A DNA stretch of 64,000 nucleotides from Octopus vulgaris (GCA_951406725.2 OX597836.1:43462001-43526000), one strand, 5' to 3'; shown: positions 27,572 to 37,499, numbered from the stretch's first letter. A program made the numbers and translations. The notes: generated by a model from the sequence alone, not told the origin.

Positions 27572-29345
27572 ATTTTATTACTACCCACAAGGGGCGAACA
27601 TAGAGGGGACAATACAATCGGGGAACTTAAAATAAGAAAGCGAAATGACAAGAAGGGAAAAAATAAAAATAAAAATGACAAATGAAAGAATATTTACAAT
27701 GAGATGCAAATGCCCACTCGATCCCCGGAATCGAGAGGTTACATTTTCGTCACATATAGTTCACAATTTTTTTTTCTTTTTTCTCTTCTTTCTTCTCTCT
27801 CCTCTCACAATCTCACACGTATTCCATAATACCTTTTCAAGTCTCTAAAGTCAATCACTGAGCCCTCAGGCAGCCGCTCTTTCACTCGAACACCCGTGTA
27901 AAAAATTACACTCTCTCCAGCTGCTCTGAGGAACTCAGCGACTCTTTCTTCGGGGATCAGAGCAGTCTCCTGCCACTGATCAGTCATCCTGTTGACCCAC
28001 ACATGTCCCTCCGTACTACATGTCAATTCCTTCATTTCGGGGCTGAAATGGAAGGTTATTAACTTGTAGTAATCTTGTTTCCGTCCTACGTTTTCTCTCG
28101 TTTTTCTTTTCGGGCTTACTTCTTCCTTGTTCTCCTCTCTTTGTTTCTCTCTTTCTCTCTTTTTGCCTTCTTTTCTTTCTCCTTCCTTCTCTTGTCTTTT
28201 TGGTTCTTTGTCTGTTCTCTCTTTCGTGTTTTATGTTCCTTTTCTTTTTCCTTTTGTGTGCCGTCTTTTCTTTTCGTTTGATTCTGATCTCTCTCTTGTT
28301 TTTTTCCTGTTGTTTCTTTTTCCTTTTTCTTTTCCTGACTCTGTTTTGGTTCTATTTCTTTCTTTTCTTTTATTTCTTTTTCCTTCGTTGACTTATTATT
28401 TCCTTTCTCTTGTTGTTTTGTTTCCTTTTCTATGTTTTCTTTTTCATTTACCGTATTCTTCTTTCGAGTTCCTGCTCGCACTCCGCTACGAATTCGTATA
28501 ACGGGCACTCTTTTTTAATGTGCCCCCTTGTCCCGCACAAGTAGCAGTTTGGCTTTCTTCCCTCTACAATTACACTGAGGGTTTTCTCGTCTTCGATTTC
28601 TATTCTATAGGGGAACCTTTCAATGTCCTCTTTTGTGGCCATCAAACACAGTTCTACCCCATATCCTCTCCAATTTACTGCGTTGGACTCCTTAAAGGAT
28701 TCCACCTCCACTTCCTCTTCTGCTGCTCCTAGAATAGCTGTTGCCAGCCATTCTGTTTTTACTTCTGGGGGTATATTCGGGATTTTAACCCGGACCCCTC
28801 TTCTTCCCTTGTATGAGGGCCACATTATAAATGTTTCCGCTCTTAGAACAGTGGTAGCCAGTGAGGCTGCAATTTCTTCCGTTGCACATCTCACCTCCAC
28901 CGTACCAAATTTTTTTCCTCTACTCACGTAGGTCGATTTATCCATTATGTCTCCCAGACATTTTTCGATCTCTGCTATCTCCACTCTTGCCAGTTTCTTT
29001 GTACTTTTATCCTGGGTTCTATACGTTACAGTTTTGTTTTCTTTGTCCTCTTTTGCTTTCGCGGGGGGATTAGCTTCACGCTATCACCCTCCCTTTTGAA
29101 TAGTTTTCATATTCTTTGAGTTTACTCTTCTCAAAGAAAACATCCTTCACGATTATTGCCGAATCATTATTATTCTTTCCCGTGACCCCCGCGTAAGTCG
29201 CCATGACTAGAGGGTCAATTCACCTTCTTCGGAAGGTTTCCAAACGTGGAGGCAAATGCCTCGCGCGATATTAATCACTTTACACAACAAAATTTCAACG
29301 TCTAATCACAGATAACAACACACGTGGGTAAATTTCCTCCATGTG
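27572..29345 (-). mobile_element. ORF1-only unit B4 (ORF 27813-29204, several indels)
   Basis: Copy of B with a locally divergent patch at ~28460-28500 and small indels. Confidence 0.86.
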
Positions 29346-31078
29346 ATTTCTTTATTACCCACTAAGGGGCTACGAAGAATGGCGGACATAACAAAACATG
29401 GGGACATAGAACATTATAATTAAACTTTATGAAAATGAATTGTTAAACGAAAAAAATGATAAAATGAAAGCGATACCAACGGCCCCGTCCGTCAGCATCA
29501 CTTACCTGTCCTTTGTTTTTCATAGTCACTTGAATGTTCTTTGTCAATACGAATAAATTCCATATCCATTCTTACTCCGAAATACTCATCCATATTTTCC
29601 ACGAATTCATCGCTCATTCTTATATCTTTCACCTCCCAATTCTCCCTTTCACACCTCCCCATAAACTCACCTATGTTCTTCTTTTCAATCACAGCATACC
29701 TAGTCTCTCCAACATCATACCATTTATACTCTTCCATTAGACTTTTAACTTCTTTCTGTTCAGTCATAGTACAAATGTACGGCCTGGGTTCGATTTCAAT
29801 CTCTTGTGTGTGTGTATTCTTTTTTTTCTTTTGTTTTCTTGTTGGGGGGGAGCGGGTGGGTTCAATGTCTGCATGGATAGGGTGGGACTCAGAGGGTGTG
29901 GGTGGTTTTGGGGTAGATTGGAGTTCCATATTATTTTCTTTTTTTCCACGTATTCTTCTCTTCCTCTTACTTCCAGCTTCCTTCCATTTCTGTGTATTCT
30001 CTTCCTCTGTTTCCTTCTCCTCTGGTTTCTGCTTCTCTCTCTCTGGTTCGGAATCCATTTCTTTCCCTGGGGGAGGGCAGAAGGCTCTTATGTGACCCCT
30101 CAGGCCACACTTGTAACAACGTGGAGCCCTGCCCTCCACCCACACTCTCATGATCACGTCTCCCAGTCTGATGCTTTCCGTCAGGTCCACCAGTACCTCG
30201 GTCTCTGCCTGTACGTTCAGCTCCACCGTTACGCCTCTCCAGCCCTCGGACTTAACCGAGGCATGGAGAATATCCACTTCGTCCTCGTGGCCGCTGATCA
30301 CAGCCGCCACAATCCATTCTGCCTCCACGTTTGGTGGCACTCCCTCCACCCTTATTCGTGTAATCCTCCTGTTTAAATACGTAGGTAATAGGGTTACCTT
30401 TTCTGACTTCACCGCCTTCGCCGCCATCTTCCTCGCTGCAGACTCAGTTTTGAAATGCACAACTACGGTACCGTACTTGGATCCTCGAGTCAGAAAATTT
30501 ATTTCCTCCTCAGTTCTTCGCAGGGCCTCCTCTATCCATTCCATGGTTACAACTTCTACCCTCTTCCTTTCGTTTGCGAACACCCTGTAAATAATGGTCC
30601 TCTTATCATACCATTCCTTTCTCCTGGGTGTCGGTGATAGTTCCACCTCACCGCTTTCCTTTTTCATGTATTTCTGGTAACTTGGCAACTTGGCCATGTC
30701 TACCCCTTTCTCTTCCGCCTTCTTGGTTACACCGGCATAGGTATAACCCAGCTTCTCTTCCAAATTCCTTGCTGCCATTTCTAGCTCTTTCTCAGACGTA
30801 GGCAGGTCTGATAAAGACTCGAAAATTCCAGCCTTTTCTTCCATCAGCTTCATTGCAATTGCCTGTTCCAGTTCCTCATCTGTCGTGGACAAGTCTGTTA
30901 GAGACTCATAGTCCATTTCCTTCTGTCTGACAGACCGAGAACGGCCGCCAAAATAGAAAAAGTGTAACGCGCTGAACGAGCGAAACGCGAAACCGCATCA
31001 ACGCCGTTCAGAACCTCCACAACAACAACAACGCTTCTTGTTCTTTTTTACCGAATTTCAGGAGCCGAAAAAAAACGT
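29346..31078 (-). mobile_element. ORF1-only unit C1
   Basis: Own 5' UTR; 3' tail GCCCCTTAGTGGGTAATAAAGAAAT; no ORF2. Confidence 0.88.
29498..30916 (-). CDS. ORF1-C (472 aa, intact): RRM-like + CCHC knuckle
   Basis: TYAGVTKK, RGSKYGTVVVHF, LLPTY..R, VPPNV, VEGRAPRCYKCGLRGHIRAFC; motif order collinear with ORF1-A and ORF1-B. Confidence 0.9.
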   Translation of the reverse strand: MDYESLTDLSTTDEELEQAIAMKLMEEKAGIFESLSDLPTSEKELEMAARNLEEKLGYTYAGVTKKAEEKGVDMAKLPSYQKYMKKESGEVELSPTPRRKEWYDKRTIIYRVFANERKRVEVVTMEWIEEALRRTEEEINFLTRGSKYGTVVVHFKTESAARKMAAKAVKSEKVTLLPTYLNRRITRIRVEGVPPNVEAEWIVAAVISGHEDEVDILHASVKSEGWRGVTVELNVQAETEVLVDLTESIRLGDVIMRVWVEGRAPRCYKCGLRGHIRAFCPPPGKEMDSEPEREKQKPEEKETEEENTQKWKEAGSKRKRRIRGKKENNMELQSTPKPPTPSESHPIHADIEPTRSPPTRKQKKKKNTHTQEIEIEPRPYICTMTEQKEVKSLMEEYKWYDVGETRYAVIEKKNIGEFMGRCERENWEVKDIRMSDEFVENMDEYFGVRMDMEFIRIDKEHSSDYEKQRTGK

Positions 31079-32831
31079 ATTTCTTTATTACCCACTAAGG
31101 GGCTACGAAGAGTGCCGGACATCACAAAACATGGGGACATAGAACATTATAATTAAACTATATGAACATGAAGTGTTAAACGAAAAAAATGATAAAATGA
31201 AAGCGATACCAACGGCCCCGTCCGTCAGCATCACTTACCTGTCCTTTGTTTTTCATAGTCACTTGAATGTTCTTTGCCAATACGAATAAATTCCATATCC
31301 ATTCTTACTCCGAAATACTCATTCATATTTTCCACGAATTCATCGCTCATTCTTATATCTTTCACCTCCCAATTCTCCCTTTCACACCTCCCCATAAACT
31401 CACCTATGTTCTTTTTTTCAATCACAGCATACCTAGTCTCTCCAACATCATACCGTTTATACTCTTCCATTAGACTTTTAACTTCCCTCTGTTCAGTCAT
31501 AGTACAAATGTACGGCCTGGGTTCGATTTCAATCTCTTGTGTGTGTGTATTCTTTTTTTCTTTTGTTTTCTTGTTGGGGGGAGCGGGTGGGTTCAATGTC
31601 TGCATGGATAGGGTGGGACTCAGAGGGTGTGGGAGGTTTTGGGGTAGATTGGAGTTCCATATTATTTTCTTTTTTTCCACATATTCTTCTCTTCCTCTTA
31701 CTTCCAGCTTCCTTCCATTTCTGTGTATTCTCTTCCTCTGTTTCCTTCTCCTCTGGTTTCTGCTTCTCTCTCTCTGGTTCGGGATCCATTTCTTTCCCTG
31801 GGGGAGGGCAGAAGGCTCTTATGTGACCCCTCAGGCCACACTTGTAACAACGTGGAGCCCTGCCCTCCACCCACACTCTCATGATCACTTCTCCCAGTCT
31901 GATGCTTTCCGTCAGGTCCACCAGTACCTCGGTCTCTGCCTGTACGTTCAGCTCCACTGTTATGCCTCTCCAGCCCTCGGACTTAACCGAGGCATGGAGA
32001 ATATCCACTTCGTCCTCGTGGCCGCTGATCACAGCCGCCACAATCCATTCTGCCTCCACGTTTGGTGGCACTCCCTCCACCCTTATTCGTGTAATCCTCC
32101 TGTTTAAATACGTAGGTAACAGTGTTACCTTTTCCGACTTCACTGCCTTCGCTGCCATCTTCCTCGCTGCAGATTCACTTTTAAAGTGCACAACTACGGT
32201 CCCGTACTTGGATCCTCGAGTCAGAAAATTTATTTCCTCCTCAGTTCTTCGCAGGGCTTCCTCTATCCATTCCATGGATACAACTTCTACCCTCTTCCTT
32301 TCGTTTGCGCACACCCTGTAAACAATGGTCCTCTTATCATACCATTCTTTTCTCCTGGGTGTCGGTGATAGTTCCACCTCACCGCTTTCCTTTTTCATGT
32401 ATTTCTGGTAACTTGGCAACTTGGCCATGTCGACCCCTTTCTCTTCCGCCTTCTTGGTTACACCGGCATAGGTATAACTCAGCTTGTCTTCCAATTTCCT
32501 TGCTGCCATTTCTAGCTCCTTCTCAGACGTAGGCAAGTCTGATAAAGACTCGAAAACTCCAGCCTTTTCCTCCATCAGCTTCACTGCAATTGCCTGTTCC
32601 AGTTCCTCATCCGTCGTGGACAAGTCTGTTAGAGACTCATAGTCCATTTCCTTCTGTCTGACAGACCGAAAACGGCCGCCAAAACAGAAAAAGTGTAACG
32701 CGCTGAACGAGCGAAACGCGAAACCGCGTCAACGCCGTTCAGAATTTCCACAACAACAACAACGCTTTTTGTTCTTTTTTACCGAATTTTCAGGAGCCGA
32801 GAAAAAAAAACACGGAGCCGAAAAAAAAACG
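31079..32831 (-). mobile_element. ORF1-only unit C2 (ORF 31231-32647, one frameshift near 31570)
   Basis: Diverged copy of C1; its 5' end has a duplicated GTTTTTTTTTC(TC)GGCTCC motif. Confidence 0.88.
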
Positions 32832-32880
32832 ACCTTTTTTCTCTACATTGTATACTTTATAGACAATAGTCTTTTCTTTA
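32832..32880 (-). pseudogene. Decayed ORF1-D, upstream part
   Basis: EKTIVYKVYNVEKKG resembles ORF1-C KRTIIYRVFANERK and ORF1-B NKTVTYRTQDKSTKK, which lie just upstream of the KCLG motif found across the array. Confidence 0.55.
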
Positions 32881-34189
32881 ATTTAATTTTTTATTATCCA
32901 TCTGGACTATTCCATTTCTGCATGCTAATTTTATTTTTAATTTATTCCCATTCATGTGAAACCACTTATTCAAGTTCAAATCATTGATGCAATTTTATAC
33001 CAATTGCTATTTTTACTTTTGTCATGTTACTTTAGTTTGATTTTAATTATTACTTACTACATATAATTCAATTGTTATTATTATTTTTATTGTTAAAGTG
33101 AAAGTATCTGACATAAAATAGGGAAACGTTTTTGTTTCACTTTTAACACGTAATGCTGAAATAGTGGAGAAGATATGATATTGCTATGGACTCGCTCTAG
33201 GCCAGAAGTTGAAAATTTTTTGTTGCCCATGAAACTACATGTGTAAAATTTGAATGAAATTGGTTGTGTAGTTCTCAAGTTTTAGGCAAACACACAGACA
33301 GACAGACACACATTCTCAGTTTTATATATATAAAGATATATCATCATCATTTAACATCCGTTTTCCGTGCTAGCACGGGTTGGATGGTTCAACTGGGGTC
33401 TGGGAAGCCAGGAGGCTGCACCAGGCTCCAGTCTGATCTGGCAGTGGCCACGATCAGTTGGTGCTTTTTACGTGCCACCGGCACAGAAGCCAGTCAAGGC
33501 GGTGCTGGCATCAGCCATGTTCGGATGGTGCTTTTTACATGTCGCCGGCACAGGTATCACAACTACAATTTCCTTTTAATATTTATTTTGATGTTGATGT
33601 ACTTGACTCAATAGGTCTCCTCAAGCACAGCAGGTCGCCCTATGATCCAAGGTAAACACAGCAGGTCGTTCTGCAATCCAAGGTACTTCGGATGGGCTGG
33701 GGCTATGCGAAACTGGTGCAGGAAGCAGCCATGAACTCACATTATTTGTCGGGTCTTTGCAGTCACAGCATATCTCCAGAGATCTCGGTCTTTCGTCATT
33801 GCCTCTGTGAGGCCTAACGTTCAAAGGTCATGCTTGACTACCTCATCCCATGTCTTCCTGGGTCTACCTCTCCTCCGGATACCTTCAACTGTTTGGGAGT
33901 GGCACTTCTTCACACATCTCTCCTTATCCATCTGCAGTACATATGTGTGTGTGTGTGTGGATATGCAATGGCCCAGTGGTTAGGGCAGTGGACTTGCAGT
34001 CATAGGATCGTGGTTTCGATTCCCAGACCGGGCGTTGTGAGTGTTTATTGAGTGAAAACACCTAAAAGCTCCAAAAAGCTCCAGCAGGGGGTGGTGGTGA
34101 TCCCTGCTGTACTTTTTCACCACAACCTTCTCTCACTCTTTCTTCTGATGGTTTGGTTGGTCATGTGATATATATATATATATATATAT

Positions 34190-34399
34190 AACTAAGAATA
34201 AGGGTGTCTGAGAGACACCACCATGCCGAAATAGCAGTCAAAACCCTGACTTTAAAAATCACGTTAAATGTTCATATCGTACCATGAGATAAGACAGAGG
34301 GGCATGGTACGATATGAACATTTAACGTGGTTTTTAAAGTCAGGGTTTTGACTGCTATTTCAGCATGGTGGTGTCTCTCAGACACCCTTATTTTTAGTT
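34190..34399. repeat. Near-perfect hairpin: ~97-bp arms, 16-nt loop
   Basis: 34190-34286 is the reverse complement of 34303-34399. Confidence 0.93.
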
Positions 34400-34776
34400 G
34401 TAAAAAAATTATTACCTTTGTACGGTATTTTTTCCCATGCTGGCCACTTGATAATATCGATAATTAAATATCGATATTATCCTTATTTATAAATATATAT
34501 ATATACACACACACATAAGAATAAGCATATTAAAAGGGGTCTGTGGGAAAGCTTATTTAAATATAAGGGTTGGGAATCACTGTTTTAAAACCTTGTTAAG
34601 TGAAAGGTCCCCACTGTCGCCATGGACCACCACTCAGAAACAAACCATATTAAATAATTATTTCAATGTTTTTGTTTTAATAAAGAATTGTTTTTGTTTT
34701 TCTTGCAGGTGGTGGCGGTTGTTGCTGTGATTTCACTCTTTCTAGGAACTGTGAGTGAAACACAACAGGTTCCAGT

Positions 34777-34915
34777 ATGGGGTCTCTATGTGGAAAATGT
34801 TGTAAACAACCCACAGACACAGGAAAGACAATCGATATAACAAACTCATTGACTACGTCCAATTCTGATAGAACGGAAAGAGGGCTCCCACCTGTTCCAC
34901 TGAATGGAGCTTGTG
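34777..34915 (+). CDS. Src-family tyrosine kinase, coding exon 1 (SH4/unique region)
   Basis: Acceptor tcttgcag ends at 34708. ATG at 34777 gives MGSLCGKCCKQPT...GAC (Gly2 myristoylation plus Cys cluster). Donor G|gtaaga at 34916, phase 1, compatible with the next exon. Confidence 0.85.
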
Positions 34916-35082
34916 GTAAGAGTAAATTTTTTTGTGTTAAGCCCTCCCCCCTCTCCCGGCCGGGCCGGCTTTAATTGAGTGGACTTATGACAAAATCCTG
35001 TCGGCCATGACCGTCCCTTCACATTTTCAGATATTATCTAACTTATTTTCTCTTTTTTAAAAAAAAAAAGTTTGGGTATGAT

Positions 35083-35985
35083 TTAACCCTTTCATTACCG
35101 TATTTATTTTGAGATACTCCGTGTTTCTTTCAGTTATTTTAAATTTAACAAAGAATTTATTAAAATAACTTGGTTATCATTAAGCTAGTGTTAGAAACAT
35201 AAATTGTGACTAAGGTTTGGTGGAAGATTTTAATTCAAAACTTATGAAAACAAGGCATTTGTACTACTGAGCCAGAGGCGGATTCAGCCAGGTTGGTATC
35301 AGAAGGGTTAAATACAACAAAGAATTTATTAAAATAACTTAGTTATCATTAAGCTAATGTTAGGAACATAAATTGTGACTAAGGTTTGGTGGAAGATTTT
35401 TATTCAAAATTTATGAAAACAAGACATTTGTCCTCAGAGCCAGAGCTGGTTTCAGCCGGGTTGGTATCAGAAGGGTTAAATATACAAAGAATTTATTAAA
35501 ATAACTTAGTTATCATTAAGCTAGTGTTAGGAACATAAATTGTGACTAAGGTTTGGTGGAAGATTTTTATTCAAAATTTATGAAAACAAGACATTTGTCC
35601 TCAGAGCCAGAGCTGGTTTCAGCCGGGTTGGTATCAGAAGAGTTAAATATACAAAGAATTTATTAAAATAACTTAGTTATCATTAAGCTAGTGTTAGGAA
35701 CATAAATTGTGACTACGGTTTGGTGGAAGATTTTAATTCAAAACTTAAGAAAACAAGGCATTTGTACTACAGAGCCAGAAGCGGTATCAGCCGGGTTGGT
35801 ATCAGAAGGGTTAAATATAACAAAGAATTTAGTAAAATAACTTAGTTATCATTCAGCTAGTGTTAGGAACATAAATTGTGACTAAGGTTTGGTGGAAGAT
35901 TTTAATTCAAAACTTAAGAAAACAAGGCATTTGTACTACAGAGTGAGAGGCAGTTTCGGCCGGGTTGATAATGAAAGGGTTAAAG
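35083..35985. repeat. TTAA-flanked MITE amplified into five ~168-bp tandem units
   Basis: ACAAAGAATTTA at ~35148, 35317, 35484, 35651, 35820; TTAACCCTTT...AAGGGTTAA ends; monomer copies at ~14105 and ~46967. Confidence 0.88.
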
Positions 35986-36029
35986 CAGAGTTGGCTCTTA
36001 TTTCTAACAAGTTGAGTGATTACATAAAG

Positions 36030-36346
36030 CAATGGTACCCAACCATTTTTCACCTCTGGGCCCCTTTGTTTGCTATTTTATTGTGGTGACCCCCCCCCCC
36101 TTTTGATGTTTAAAAGCTAGTTTTATATTTATTCCTTCCAAAATTTCTATTTTGTTTTGCACACATTAACTTGTATAGCTTAAACTATGTGAAAAGGCAG
36201 AGAAAGAAACCTAGCTGTTTCTTGCAATACATACATTTAAATCAAAACATTTTATGGGCCCTTGAAATACTACTGTGGATCCCCAATTTGCTATTTTATT
36301 TGTATGGCCACTCAGGAGTCATGTGGACCCAGGTTGAGAAGCACTG
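36030..36346. mobile_element. hAT-type MITE
   Basis: TIRs CAATGGTACCCAACC / GGTTGAGAAGCACTG; 8-bp TSD ACATAAAG/ACATAAAA. Confidence 0.7.
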
Positions 36347-36449
36347 ACATAAAAGCTTGCTCTGGCATAGTTTTTGTCATTTGTATCAAACAGCTACACC
36401 GGTATCTCACATTTTCTTTTACTGGTGTCGGCCTTTCTTTGATAAAGTA

Positions 36450-37282
36450 TTGGGTTGTCCGGAGAATTCATGCCGATTTATAGCAGCTTACCTTTCAACT
36501 TATTTTAGAACATGGTTGAGTCCATAAAATAGGATTTGACTGCACCTCCATTTAGAGCACAGTTTAAGCTATCTTTTCCTGGAAGAAGATTTATGTTCTT
36601 ATAACCTGTTTTAATTCTGTAACCCTTTAAAATGGAAGATAAGAAAGTTCATTTTCGGCACTTTGGGAACCTGACAAAAATTGCTGCAGCTCGGCTGGGA
36701 TGTGTTACCCCACCCTCCATATTCACCAGATATTTCTCTTTCGGATTTCCACTTATTCAGGTCTCTGCAGAATAGTCTTATTGGTAAAAATTTCAATTCT
36801 TTGGATTACATAAAAAGATACCTAGATGAATCCTTTACCATGAAAGCACCTCAATTCTGGGAAGAGGGTATTTTCAAGTTAAAGGAAAGATGGAGACGCA
36901 TTGTGCAACAAAGTGGTTCATATTTGGATGATTAAAAATGTAATGGCAAGTATCTATTGCCGTTTTTCCAAATGTTAATCCAGGAAAGTCACCAGCAGAG
37001 TTAATGTTCACGCGTAAAATAAAATCGACCTTTGGTAAATCGACCAGGAAAAAATACATTTGAAGGAAATACAAGAAATATTTCAAAACATTTCGAAGTA
37101 GGAGATAAAGTTCATTTTAAAAATTACAAAAATGGTAAAGAAGGTTGAGAGGATGGCTGTGTAATCAAAAGATTAGGTAATATCTAATCTTTTGATTAGA
37201 GTGGCTGTCTGGTAAGTAGCTTGCTTAACAACCACCTTTTTCTTTCCTTTAAAAATCGGTACGAACTTTCCTGACAACCCAA
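36450..37282 (+). mobile_element. Internally deleted mariner transposon
   Basis: TIRs TTGGGTTGTC.GGA / TCCTGACAACCCAA with TA TSD; LGWDVLPHPPYSPDISLSDFHLFRSLQN transposase C-terminus at 36681-36935. Confidence 0.9.
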
Positions 37283-37402
37283 TACATTACAATACTAGGT
37301 CTGAAGAGAAATCCTAGCCTGATGGCTAAAGGTGATGATGTTCTATCAAACCATGTTCCGATAATACCTGTACTAACTGTGGTGTATGTTTTTCTTTGAC
37401 AG

Positions 37403-37499
37403 ATATTTTAATTGTTCGAGCATTGTATGACTTTGATGCCATTACCGACGAAGACCTTTCGTTCAAGAAAGGGGATCGCATGAAAGTTGAAGATAATTT
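37403..37499 (+). CDS. Src-family kinase exon 2 (SH3 N-half)
   Basis: ctttgacag acceptor; (D)ILIVRALYDFDAITDEDLSFKKGDRMKVEDN contains the SH3 ALYDF...DLSFxKGD motif; gtaagt donor, phase 2. Confidence 0.93.

Larger units (their letters stand above)
16467..33336 (-). mobile_element. Helitron-like element whose two ends bracket the LINE array
   Basis: - strand A|TCTTTATATATATAAAACTGAGAATGTGTGTCTGTCTG at 33336; hairpin GACCCAGCAACGACGGGTC followed by CTAG|T at 16496-16467; A/T insertion site, no TSD. Confidence 0.62.

Noticed and set aside
20806-32532. Many + strand F/S/L-rich ORFs
   Set aside because: Antisense shadows of the purine-rich ORF1s.
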